Source: Phoronis australis (taxonomy: Eukaryota; Animalia; Phoronida). Taken from it: a DNA stretch of 46,762 bases. The stretch lies in contig NMRA01000963.1 in the NCBI GenBank assembly GCA_002633005.1, positions 17,895-64,656 of the forward strand, given 5' to 3'. Within the stretch, counting starts at the first letter, position 1. Every line of letters starts with the position of its first letter. The translations under genes and the position numbers were made by a program. Shown in pieces: positions 1 to 11,320 of the stretch. The notes beneath the pieces were generated by a model. It was not told the DNA's origin, made no database searches, and saw only the letters and a list, made by a program, of their open reading frames with translations.

Positions 1-1494
1 GCACTATTGCACTCGACTGATTCAACGCGTGTGGGATAAAATCGAAAAAATGAATGTTTGAGACGCATGTCACAAAAGCTTCTGCTGTCTTTTACGAGGA
101 CATGTTTTGTTCAACAAAAATGAATTCAAAGTTTACTTGTATATGCTTCCCCTCCTAAATAGTTTGCAATATGGCAAGTATAGAGTTTTAAAGGGAACTT
201 GGTGTTTTGCCAATTGGGGTTAACCTTCAGACTTGAACTGGTAACGATCAGGAAGAATTTGACTTGGGGACTACGGGAGAAATAGTTGGCCAAGTCGAAT
301 AATTATGTCTTTGCTCTCCCGTCCTCGATCATACTTATCTGACTACGAACTTTGACTAATGATCGAGGGAGGCGTCAATACAGTCAGTGGCGGATCTACG
401 TTTTCACTAAGGAGGGGTTCAGAATTCGCACGAATATGAGGCGCGTAGCTCCGAACGGGGGAAGGTCGGGAGGGTGACTTCCCCCACCCGTATAAGAGAT
501 TTTTTGTCTTTGTAGCCAAATATTGCAATTTCTATGTATTCTGGCAAGTTTGTGGCACTTAACGTGTCTCTGAAATTGATTTAAAACCCTTGTCGATTTC
601 GTTTTAGTGAACTCGCCTCGTAAGTTCCGCAAACCGTATTTATGCACATCCAGGTGTGAGTCACGCCACCAGCAAAATTTTAGTAAGAACATCAGTCTAC
701 GGACACCCACTTTTAGAAACTACCAAATATTCAAGAGCACAATGAGCATCAACAGTCACGTAAACACAAAACAATGAGATGATCGCGTGGCAACATCCTC
801 CAGCTGCTTAAGAACAAAGACTGCCACTGTTATGCCCGAAAACAAACAAATGTTCTGTCTCGTTACCAGAAAATGACGAACGATGGTGATATCAGCGCAT
901 TACTATGTCACTGAAGACGACAATGAGCACTTAAGTATTAAGCTGAATCACGTTGACCATTGGGTTACTCTATGTCACAACTGAAAAACGTCAAATGTAT
1001 TCGGAAGTCACAGAACCAAAACAGCTGTACACCGTGGTGAAAAGATATACAAGATCAGTTCGCTGATGGACCAGATGTACACCGAGAGTCAATACACAAA
1101 TAAGCTGGTCTGGTCTGTCGATAGACAAAAAGTACACTGCGCTAAATATCTCAACAAAAAGTACTGACTGAGTTAAATAATTTACAAAGCATTGTAGAAA
1201 ACAAATCTATAACGTATGTTATGTAGCTCTGCAAAATAGCGAGCTCGTCGTGGGACCAAAATGTAAACGTAGACCGGGAGAACTCTTCAAAAAGCAAAGC
1301 ACCCCTCCGCACGACTCGTGACCACGCCAAGCACTTTGGCAATACCTATGATAATGAACTGTTCCCATAAAATCTACAATGAAAGACAAAATCAGGTGAC
1401 CACTACATTGAAAACTGCTCCATAGACACTTTTTGATCATCAGTGCTTGTTCATACATGTATTTTAAGGACCATTGACAAAACTTGGCGCACTT

Positions 1495-2697
1495 TCAGTC
1501 AAACAAGATAGACTTGCAAAACACACGCCTTGGGTTGCGCTGGATAAAGCGCTTGACGACCAGTGACGTGTCTAGTCCTTTCGTTGTTTCATAATGCAAG
1601 GCCATCAGAGATAACCCAGCAAGCCTTTCCTGAGACATAGTAGCCCTCAAATGGGTCTTCACACGCCTCAGTACAGAAAATGATCTCTCTGCCTCACAGG
1701 ATCCGATAGGGGATACACATCCTATCAATATCAGCTCGCTTACGTTTGGAAAGATGTCGCCGTCTGCGTGCTTGAGTGTGGAACGCAAGTTTTACTTGGC
1801 AATTCCTCTAGACTTTGAGTATTCCAGAAGGACCACCAGCGTCGGAGTTCTCGCTGAACTTAGAGCAAAGACATGGATACTTTTATGTTTCTAATATTAC
1901 TTAGGACAATCGGTAATTTAACAGAAGACACAACGTGTTTTTTAAAATGCCAGTGGTCAGAAGGGAGTCACCTTCAGGGAGTCTGGTGATGGCAGGTCTA
2001 TGTCCCAGAAATGCAGCCGATCCTCCAGTGAGTCTAAGTCTGCATCCCTCATCCTGCTAACCACTACTGGCACAAAGGACGTGACAGCTTCCACCTGCCT
2101 GTTGTCTTTCGAAAACCTGGCGGTCAGCTGCTGCGACAGGTTATCTAGGAAGGGTTCTTCTGTAGTACTCACTGAAAAAAAAACACGTAATGACAGCATA
2201 TTTCACTACGCACTGCGTGACATAGAAAAGCAGATAAAGAGCAAAGTGGAAATACAAAATAGAATCGTCTTCTTTACGCTCTCGCAGACCCTCTGCTTTA
2301 GTGGGTAAATTTAGTGGGTAAATTTAGCATAAAATAATTTTCTGTTTCCGTTTCAGTTGTACACAAGCATCAAATAAAAGAGTAAGTCAGTAAAAAAAAT
2401 AATGTATAAAATGTGTAAAATTACAATTTATTATCAGGGTGTTTCTGCAGGAACGTTAGCCCTATGCTTTTGGTGTCCGGATTGCCGAGGAATCTGGATA
2501 TCGAATCCAATATTCTCAGCTATGGTTTGCGCATCTTGGAACCATTCACGCCAGACGTCTTCGATGTTTGTTCTCAATATTTGTACTTCATCAATTGCTT
2601 TATCAATGAGCTTGTAAGCATCTACAACGTCAACGTCTCGTTTTTGCAGCTTGGCACTAAGCCCCTTGAGGTTATCAAGTCCGTTCAAAAGAGTCAC
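1495..2697 (-). pseudogene. Spliced hAT transposase pseudogene (PRKRIR/THAP12/ZMYM1-like C-terminal half with the hAT dimerization domain)
   Basis: Exon-like blocks ~2434-2690 (LKGLSAKLQKRDVDVVDAY...IPRQSGHQKHRANVPAETP*), 1972-2171 (AG acceptor, EYYRR then frameshift to PFLDNL...RFS, GT donor at 1971) and ~1495-1854 (RELRRW, frameshift, FPNV...SCEAERSFSVLRRVKTHLRATMSQERLAGLSLM). One premature stop and two frameshifts. Confidence 0.88.
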
Positions 2698-2913
2698 AAG
2701 CGAAACTATATTTGACCCGCTGGAATGTCAAGGGTACTTCCTTTCCCCTTTTATCAACCTTATATGTGGCAAAATCGTCGCCTGTGTGCTTGCTTGTTAG
2801 ATACTGAAATTTCTTACTGTCAGTTAAAGTCGAAGCATTTCTACTCTGCACAATTATGCCAATGTCATACATAGGAGGAGTGGTTGTTGCATCACGGGCA
2901 GTACAGGGATTAC

Positions 2914-3220
2914 TTATACTGTATGTACATGTACAGTGACGGAAACAGTGGGTAAAGCATCAGAAGTAGCGGAAACATCGTTGGGGACGATGTCTAAACC
3001 ATCAGGAGAAGTGGTAATAGCGTCAGATACAGTGGTAGTTGTAGCATTGGAGACAGTAGAAACACCAGAGACAGTGGCTACCGCAACAGGGGCAGGGGTG
3101 ATAACGTCAGGAGAAATGGTTACATCATTAGAAATATCAAAATCAGCCTGAGAAACAGTAGTTACACCATCAGGGGCAGGGGTTTGGCCACCACTGCATG
3201 CACTAAGGGAGTGTCCAACG
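2914..3220 (-). other. Thr/Val/Ser/Asp-rich low-complexity exon-like segment inside the hAT element
   Basis: Open frame of degenerate short repeats (PDGVTTVS, PDVITPAP, SDAITTSPDG) preceded by a pyrimidine-rich TTTCAG acceptor, on the same strand as the transposase. Confidence 0.4.
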
Positions 3221-4030
3221 CTGAAATACAGAAAGATGCATAAGGTTCTAACGTCTGGGGGCATTTGTAAAGCAGTTAGTGACATGCAGGATACCGGGAA
3301 TTTTCTCAGATAAGCCCATGGATATTAATTCGGAAAATTATATTTTGTGGCGCTTCAGAAACTTCAAATATGCACCCGGGCTATTATTCGGAAACGGGGA
3401 GACACGTAAACAAGTATCTGCTGTGAAAATATCAGCGTTTTTGCATAAAAATGTAATTTTATTTACAAGCTTTAAGTCCCAAGTGCACCAATACTTTATT
3501 CCTAGTTATGAAATGATATATGCTCAACAAAAATGAATTTGTGACTGCAAGTAGACACTGAATTGATTTTCAGACGAAATTTACCGAATAAACTTCCCAA
3601 TATCTGAACACTTGAATCCCGAAATTGCAACACCAAATAAAGCCCTTGTGGGTGGGTCTTTCTACGAAAATTTCCGGTATAAAAGACGGCAGTGATTCTG
3701 ATTGCGGGTAGTGAACAAGGTCAGTGCTGAGGTCTGCAACAGAGATCCTTTTGCGGGGCTGAAATGGATATCTAGGAGGCCTGTTGAACACATGTCTTCG
3801 CGCGACTGCCGCAAGACTTGCTGAGAACGTACTGCCCACAAACAATCTCTGATACTGTACACTGTTCGAGTACGCGGTCAACCAAACCTCAGTGCCTTCC
3901 ATTACAGCCCTCACAAGGGAGTGGAAAATGTGTTTATATGTTTTTTAAAATAAATACGTGCCATGTGTAATGCATATTTATTGCGCAAGATAACTCAAGT
4001 TTTCACCAGTCAAGTTCAAGTTACAACAGA

Positions 4031-4397
4031 TAGATGAAGAAACATTCTAAAATTCCGGGAATTGAACACAGGTTGCACGAGTGAGAGAAAAACGTCTATA
4101 CAGTTCAGCCAAGAACCGCTTGCGGCCTGTCACCTGACCTAGAGAGTCTTTAGATGAAGAAACATTCTAAAATTCCGGGAATTGAACACAGGTTGCACGA
4201 GTGAGAGAAAAACGTCTATACACTGTACAGTTCAGCTAAGAACCGCTTGCGGCCTGTCACCTGACCTAGAGAGTCTTTAGATGAAGAAACATTTTAAAAT
4301 TCCGGGAATTGAACACAGGTTGCACGAGTGAGAGAAAAACGTCTGTACAGTTCAGCCAAGAACCGCTTGCGGCCTGTCACCTGACCTAGAGAGTCTT
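4031..4397 (-). repeat. Three tandem ~120-bp units, each containing a tRNA-Glu(CTC)-like, SINE-head-like sequence
   Basis: Units 4031-4150, 4151-4277 (7 bp longer) and 4278-4397 are near-identical. The minus strand reads GGTTCT-TGGCTGAACTG (A-box-like)...CTCTCAC (anticodon-loop-like)...CTGTGTTCAATTCCCGG (B-box/T-arm)-AATT. Confidence 0.85.
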
Positions 4398-5415
4398 TAT
4401 CTGGCTGTACGTCACACGCGGTAGCCACGTGCCACAACACATGAGGTAAAAACGTACCACGTTGACTTGCCTGAATGTCAGGGTTGCAGTGTCATAGTAT
4501 TTTCTCTAATCATGTAAAGACGCTAGTTACCTAAAAAAATCGGCTATGGATCTTTGCTTTTTCCGCGATGGATCCATCAAAAATGCTTGGCTACTTCAGA
4601 CGGAAGCACGCACACAATTGAACTCCGCGCGACTTGGTGATGAGTCACTAAAACTCGAACTCGCTGGTTCCCTGTGTGTCCGCTATAGCTAGGGGCCTAG
4701 CGGACATGCAGGGAAGCGGCGAGAAACTCGAAATGCGTTGCTTTCCGTGATTACAGCAAATCACAATGCAAAGAAGTTATATTTTTCAGGGTGAACGTCT
4801 CAGTTTTTTCAAGGTGGTTTCCTTGGGATTTAACCTCGCTGACGGTGCCATTTTCGTTATGCTGGCGACGCTTTTTGTTTTTTTTATTTTTTGATCCTGT
4901 CCCAAGGGGGGGGCTGTTAAACCCCCTGAACCCCCCCGTAGATCCGCCACTGATACAAGTAAATGTGATGTTGTCGAGGTTATAACAGGTGTCGACGGGA
5001 GAAGCCCGTGAAGGTAAAGCGGTGGTGGACTGCAGATGGAGAATTGTATAAGTGTTTGCAATCTCGTGGTTAGTCTAAGTGGTGGCGGATACGTCACATA
5101 GTGGAATCGACAAGGTGCGGACAAAAACTGTTTTAGCCCCCTCCTCTAATAAAGCAAACCCCATGCCTATAAACGATACTGCCTCGTTAAATAACGACGT
5201 TTCCTATAGTATGCAGTAGTAGTCGTTGTACTTGACATGTGTTCATATATTTCACTTTTGACCTTATTACATTTAGCTTCTCGGAAAAACGTCAAAAGGG
5301 AAATTTGATTCATGTCACATGTACTATACCCGTGGTAGCGGTTATTTGAATGGTATGCAGGCACGACGTTTTAATCCTCAGTCATGGCAGCGTGTATTGT
5401 ATACATGTTTTTCAG

Positions 5416-5549
5416 GTGTTGCAAAGACCACGATGCTTGCTACAACGACATTGTTCATGACACGAAATGCGGTTTCAATGGAGACCCCTCAGGGCTGTAT
5501 TCTACTCGGTATGACTTCAGCGACTGCGTTGACCGGGTCTCTACATGTA
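5416..5549 (+). CDS. Secreted phospholipase A2 (group I/II-type), catalytic exon
   Basis: TTTTCAG acceptor and GTAAGT donor at 5550. Encodes (R)CCKDHDACYNDIVHDTKCGFNGDPSGLYSTRYDFSDCVDRVSTC with the sPLA2 signature CCxxHDxCY. The upstream signal-peptide and Ca-loop exons were not found in the window. Confidence 0.92.
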
Positions 5550-5954
5550 GTAAGTACCGATATTTTAGTCGGCAGTAATCCCCGATATCAACAATGTTGG
5601 TTACACCCAACATTTGTGACAACAAGGTGCACTCCAGTACAGGGCAAGAGTCTTCTAAAAATGCAGTGCACTGGTGAAATCCCTATCTAAAAGTGACGGT
5701 AATCTTGTCCACGGGTACATCATCAAGTTTGTTGAAGATCGGCCATTTTCATTCGCCAAGCCGGGATGCCTCTACGTGAATCCAGCAAACCAACATGTTA
5801 CACAGCGCTCAAGGCGAAGACTATAAGTACAACATTCTTAACGAAAAATGGGTGAATAATGCAGCCTATCGAAAGCATGAGACAAAATTTTGTAGGCATT
5901 TATTTCCAAACCACAGTATAGGACTATGAAAACAAAATAAAAATTATACAACAG

Positions 5955-6145
5955 CTCTCGTGCACCCAATCTAAAAATAGGGGCACGAATTTTTGAGAAT
6001 GTGGGCTTTTACTAAGATTTACGAATTTTTGAAGTTTCTGCCTTTTTAGCGTTTTCTACTTTTTTCGTTTTATTTTGTTTTTCTGAGGCGGACCTTATTG
6101 CCCACTTCGACAAATGGGCCCGAGCCCTCCCTCAGTGCGTGCATG
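5955..6145 (+). mobile_element. Degenerate MITE of the same family as 14236-14469
   Basis: Shares CTGAGGCGGA..TT..GCCCACTTCG...GTGCGYGCATG with the 14236 copy; left end is GTGCACCCA-like. Confidence 0.55.
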
Positions 6146-6275
6146 ATCAATAATAATTTATTGATATTGGATCGTATCAATACCTTTGTGCAATACTGAT
6201 ATTGATTACTACTGCCGCAACTGCAACTTGGAAACAATGTTTGTTTACATGTACGTGTAAGATCACATGAAGACA

Positions 6276-6325
6276 ATGATGATTTTAAGAAATGACGGCG
6301 ATGATGATGGTGAGGATGGTGATGA
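6276..6325. repeat. Degenerate (GAT)n microsatellite
   Basis: GATGATGATGGTGAGGATGGTGATGAAG run; it explains the His-rich spurious ORF 6070-6333. Confidence 0.55.
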
Positions 6326-6947
6326 AGATACATGTAGTAGCAAAGTATTGCAGAACATGTATAGAGCTTTTCAAAGAAAGCTCGACTGCCAATGGCTGCA
6401 TTTTCTTGGATTAGGCGGTTTCGTCGGGTGAACTGGCTAAGTTATCTAACTGGTCTGTGACCCGGAAGTCGTAATCTAAAACCAATCACAAGCTTTACCA
6501 CGTTGAACCAGCGGGAGCCGGAGATATCAATCGAGTTGAGACAATGTTTAGCGAAGTATATTGGTACATGTAGTTGCCTCAAGCAGTTGGACTGTGCGGT
6601 CAGGTGCAACTTACGATACTACAAGTACTTAATTACCATCATTTTAATATTGATATGACATGCAGGCACAAACTCGGTTCTGTAATGTTGAAAAAGCAGT
6701 GATACCTTATATATACGGGATATTATCGACTCATGAGTGTTTGATGGGATTATAATGTATTATTGTGGTATGGTGAAAACATTTACACAACCCTTTACAG
6801 TGTTTTTATTCCGGCTCTTAAATGCATTTTTCTCGACTTCTAATTAATAGTCAGCATGGTTAATACCTGATGTCGAAGAAAAAAAATAATGCGTAGTACA
6901 AACTGTAGATCACTAAATTGCTAATTTGATTATGCATGTTTTTTCAG

Positions 6948-7120
6948 CTGAAAAGGACGACTACACAAATTTTATTTGGCAACCTTGGTTCTGGACTCCC
7001 AGCTTCCCAATCGAGTGCCGGGTGGCAAAGTGCAAATGTGACCTTGAGTCTGCCAATTGTTTCGCAAAGAATGAAGTCAACAAAAAGTATATCGATTACG
7101 ATCAAAAGCTCTGTATTTGA
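6948..7120 (+). CDS. Secreted phospholipase A2, last coding exon
   Basis: TTTTCAG acceptor, phase-compatible with the previous exon. Encodes ...ECRVAKCKCDLESANCFAKNEVNKKYIDYDQKLCI* with the CxCD...AxCF motif (catalytic Asp99 equivalent). Confidence 0.92.
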
Positions 7121-7140
7121 TTTGTCAAAAATTTCATGAT

Positions 7141-7146
7141 AATAAA
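7141..7146 (+). promoter_or_regulatory. Candidate polyadenylation signal of the PLA2 gene
   Basis: AATAAA 20 nt after the stop codon; further AATAAA hexamers lie downstream (e.g. 7314). Confidence 0.4.
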
Positions 7147-8557
7147 TTTCCGATGAAAATTGTGCTGGAGCACTTTTGATTGCTTGGTGTCCCATTTGAG
7201 TTTTGCAACGGTAAAGTGTCCTCTTAGTGCAAACTGTGCGCCATGGCATCCGTCAATACAGAGAGTCGAGGGAATATTTAAGGTTGGTTGACACGAGTTT
7301 GACTAATAATACGAATAAACCTAATTATTCACACGTTACCCTTCGAATAAGCCATCCTCTTTGATCCGGTTACGACCACCCGTAATAAACAACAATCTGC
7401 GTGTCCTTCCATTGCTGACAGTAATAGCAGACCATGTCGCCGTGGTCATGTACATGTACGCCGTAGGCAGGTATAAATACGTGATAACACAGTCCAATAA
7501 AAACCAACAATCTCAAAATACAGCAAATAGCATCCACTGAAACATGCATATATTACACATTGATTTTAAGATTAACCCATTCCATGAATCTGGAGACGAT
7601 TTGGTAATGAACATGATTTGAACACATCCATGAAATTATCTGTCGCGGTTCACTAGATCTTCCGTCACTGCGTGCTATTCAAGTTATTCGAAGTCACACC
7701 TGTTGACAAACAAAACGTCCAAAGGACACAAACGTTGCAAATCCCCTTCGGATGTCTTTCCATGCTACGTTTGGTAAGTGTTTCGCGCAAGGTCACGCGT
7801 TTTCCTCAGTCTCGCGATTGTCCTTGCCTAAGTCGTGTGACGACCAAAAGAGTGGAATTGGAACTCCTCGTCAAAGTGACCTTAATTTCACTAGACATGG
7901 TTCACCAAAGTTATGAGTAGCAAAGTACAAGAAAAATTAAAACTGGCATTATACACCAAGCAACAGCTGATATTCGTTACTCTTCAAAAAGGCATCCAGG
8001 AAATGCACTACTTCACCTATGAATCCCTTGGCTTACATGTGTATATCCGGGATTTGTTAACTTCGGATTGCTGTGCCACTGTACCATTTCTAAATATAAG
8101 ATATGCATGATCACTTAGATTGATGAAATGAAGTTAACGGAACAAGTTTTACATAGAGTAAGCCCTATCCACGCACAAAAACAAAAACTCATGTACACGA
8201 TGATTCTCCTGAAACAGCCATTAAGCTTTTGCCAATCATTTTTCCAATAAAGTCAACGACTTCAAGATTTGCAGACTGGTCAGTGTTATGTTTTTAGGTT
8301 ACAGTATGCTGATGTTGAAGTTTTTTTAATGCTATCGTTTTCGCCAGCGTGCCAGCGGTTCTCCCTACAGTGCACCGTTGTTGCACTACATTTAAGTCCA
8401 GTGAAGCCCGAGGAAGGGTGAAACAATGTCTGTAACGCAGTGACCTTGATGTAACAAAATTAAAGTCAATTTTAACATATCCTTACTCCCTTCCAAGAAA
8501 ATGATCTGATGTGGAAGTTTCAAAGATTGTAGGTTGAGAGGAATCTTAGGCTTAATT

Positions 8558-9908
8558 AACAAGAGCAACGCGTAGCGCTGAAATGCGCCCACAACTGGTG
8601 TGCTTTTAGGGCTGTTTATTTGTGTCATAAAAATGGCCACTAGATGGCGCAAAACGTACAATCTATCCGAAAAACGGGAACATGCCATTGCGTCTTTAAT
8701 AGAAAGCTGTACAACAAATTTCATAGAAATCGGGAACTTCACAAAAACAACGTAAAACAGAATAAAATGAAATTGCCACTAGGGGGCACACTGTTCATTG
8801 GATCCGCCTGAAAGACGTCATTGTCTGTTTTTAGCTTCATATAAATAGACTTACTAATTAAATCTAATAAAGTTCGTGAAGTGGGCTTAGGAGATACAGC
8901 TATGGGCTCAAAACAAAAGAAAACAAACAAAACTACCGCTAGGAGGCGCTACAGTAGTCAAAATTGTCATCGTCAACCGTCCTCTTCACACTAGGAACAT
9001 ATACGCAAATTTTCAATATCATTCTCAGAATGTTTTGGTTGATAGAGGGATAGGCGCCAAAAACCAGACTCGAAAACAGCAAAAGTGGCCACTAGGTGGA
9101 GCAAAATAACTCGATTCCATCGGAAAATGGGAGGATAGCGTCATCCCACCAATAGATGCCCGTATGCAAAATTTCATGAAAATCCGTTGAGGACCTTTGT
9201 AGATACAGAAGTAAACGTAAAACCAGTAGTAAGATCCATTTGAAAATCATCGTCGTCCGTTGTCAATATCATATGAACTCACTTGTTAAATTTAGTTAAG
9301 ATCCTGCAAACTGTTTAGGATATACAGCACATACACTCCCACATGCCAATTTTCACAATTATCCTGAAAGCGGTTTGTTGTTAGAGGGGTGGACGCCAAA
9401 AACAGACTCAAAAACAGTAAATGTGGCCACTAGGTGGCGCAAAGTAGGTCGAATCCGTCTGAAAACGGAAAGATACTGTCACCTTTCTAACAAAAGCCCG
9501 TTAACCAAATTTTATAAAAATACGTTGAGGACTTTTGAAGATACAGAGGTGAACGTAAAAAAATAAACTTGCCCCTAGGTGGCACACCAGTAGTGAGATC
9601 TGTCCGAAAGCCGTCGCCGTCTGTTGTCATCATCATATAAATGCACTCACTAAATTTAGTAAAGATCCTGCAAACTGTTCAGGAGATATAGCCATAGGCG
9701 TAAAAAACAATACTGCCACTAGGAGGCGACACAGTAGTCAAAGTCGTCGGAAAGTCATCGTCAACCGTCCTCTTCAAGAACATACATGCCAATTTTCACA
9801 ATCGTGCTTAGAGCGGTTTGATTGATAGAGGGGTGGACGCTACAAAACAGACTCGAAAACAGTAAAAATGGCCACTAGGTAACGCAAACTACGTTGAATC
9901 CATCCGTA
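8558..9908 (-). mobile_element. HINE/DINE-1/pearl-like non-autonomous Helentron: one terminus plus an internal array of ~145-155-bp core repeats
   Basis: Terminus AACAAGAG (CTTGTT on the minus strand); subterminal IR ATGCGCCCACA at 8583-8593; about 9 diverged core units with recurring AAATTT(C/A)A..GATCC..GAGATA..GCCACTAGRKGGC motifs. Ends abruptly at 9908. Confidence 0.75.
8634..9885 (+). promoter_or_regulatory. Eight co-oriented CTCF-like motifs, about one per core repeat
   Basis: Starts at 8634 TGGCCACTAGATGGCGC, 8774 TGCCACTAGGGGGCAC, 8936 CCGCTAGGAGGCGCT, 9086 TGGCCACTAGGTGGAGC, 9424 TGGCCACTAGGTGGCGC, 9570 TGCCCCTAGGTGGCAC, 9714 TGCCACTAGGAGGCGAC, 9869 TGGCCACTAGGTAACGC. They match the CTCF consensus CC(A/G)CYAGRKGGCGC; binding is not shown. 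Confidence 0.55.
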
Positions 9909-10433
9909 ACCTGGTTCCCGGGCCTCACAAGATGACGTCACGGATAACTTGTGAAGGCCCAGGTACAGGGCACTAGAACGATGGTTTTCATTGGCTGTCA
10001 GCTGGCAATTTTTAACCAGGAAGTTGACCTGCGCATGCTTGTATCCGGTAATACGTTATCAGGTCGCTAGGTGTCGCGAGAATAAAAGTTATTTTTGGGT
10101 TGCGTTTGCAGTCGAACCAAGGAGTGTACGAGTATAGGAGAGTTCACTCCGCCATTTTACCATTCGCCGCAATGGTTACCGGTCGAAACACTAGCGCTCC
10201 AAGCGGTGAATAATCAATACTTACTTAGGAGCGCAGTCTGAACAATGTAAACACTGATGAATTCATACTTTAATGACGTTCAACGTGCAATAAAATTACT
10301 GTGTGATTAAAAATGGTTAGAATACGTAAACTAACATCCACTTATAATCGAATGAGAATGAAAATGTGTATTTTAATCAATATTAAAGTGTATTTGTTTT
10401 TATTCTTTTGAAGCTCCCTTCAAAATCTATCAC

Positions 10434-11320
10434 NNNNNNNNNNNNNNNNNNNNNNNNNNNNNNNNNNNNNNNNNNNNNNNNNNNNNNNNNNNNNNNNNNN
10501 NNNNNNNNNNNNNNNNNNNNNNNNNNNNNNNNNNNNNNNNNNNNNNNNNNNNNNNNNNNNNNNNNNNNNNNNNNNNNNNNNNNNNNNNNNNNNNNNNNNN
10601 NNNNNNNNNNNNNNNNNNNNNNNNNNNNNNNNNNNNNNNNNNNNNNNNNNNNNNNNNNNNNNNNNNNNNNNNNNNNNNNNNNNNNNNNNNNNNNNNNNNN
10701 NNNNNNNNNNNNNNNNNNNNNNNNNNNNNNNNNNNNNNNNNNNNNNNNNNNNNNNNNNNNNNNNNNNNNNNNNNNNNNNNNNNNNNNNNNNNNNNNNNNN
10801 NNNNNNNNNNNNNNNNNNNNNNNNNNNNNNNNNNNNNNNNNNNNNNNNNNNNNNNNNNNNNNNNNNNNNNNNNNNNNNNNNNNNNNNNNNNNNNNNNNNN
10901 NNNNNNNNNNNNNNNNNNNNNNNNNNNNNNNNNNNNNNNNNNNNNNNNNNNNNNNNNNNNNNNNNNNNNNNNNNNNNNNNNNNNNNNNNNNNNNNNNNNN
11001 NNNNNNNNNNNNNNNNNNNNNNNNNNNNNNNNNNNNNNNNNNNNNNNNNNNNNNNNNNNNNNNNNNNNNNNNNNNNNNNNNNNNNNNNNNNNNNNNNNNN
11101 NNNNNNNNNNNNNNNNNNNNNNNNNNNNNNNNNNNNNNNNNNNNNNNNNNNNNNNNNNNNNNNNNNNNNNNNNNNNNNNNNNNNNNNNNNNNNNNNNNNN
11201 NNNNNNNNNNNNNNNNNNNNNNNNNNNNNNNNNNNNNNNNNNNNNNNNNNNNNNNNNNNNNNNNNNNNNNNNNNNNNNNNNNNNNNNNNNNNNNNNNNNN
11301 NNNNNNNNNNNNNNNNNNNN
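10434..11320. other. Assembly gap
   Basis: 887 consecutive N. Confidence 1.

Larger units (their letters stand above)
385..4952 (-). mobile_element. hAT-superfamily DNA transposon, both ends present, internally degenerate; probably lies in a PLA2 intron
   Basis: Perfect 16-bp TIRs: CAGTGGCGGATCTACG (385-400) and CGTAGATCCGCCACTG (4937-4952). Flanks ATACAGT (378-384) and ATACAAGT (4953-4960) fit an 8-bp TSD with a 1-nt indel. Internal hAT transposase remnants on the minus strand. Confidence 0.88.

Noticed and set aside
4031-4397. CRISPR array or functional tRNA cluster
   Set aside because: Units are fully repeated with no unique spacers, there are no cas genes, the context is eukaryotic, and the anticodon stems do not pair.
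6070-6333. His-rich ORF
   Set aside because: It is the antisense translation of a GAT microsatellite plus a MITE in the PLA2 intron.
7277-8556. Kolobok-like element bounded by TTAA
   Set aside because: TTAA occurs at both sides, but I could not match TIRs or identify a convincing protein motif.
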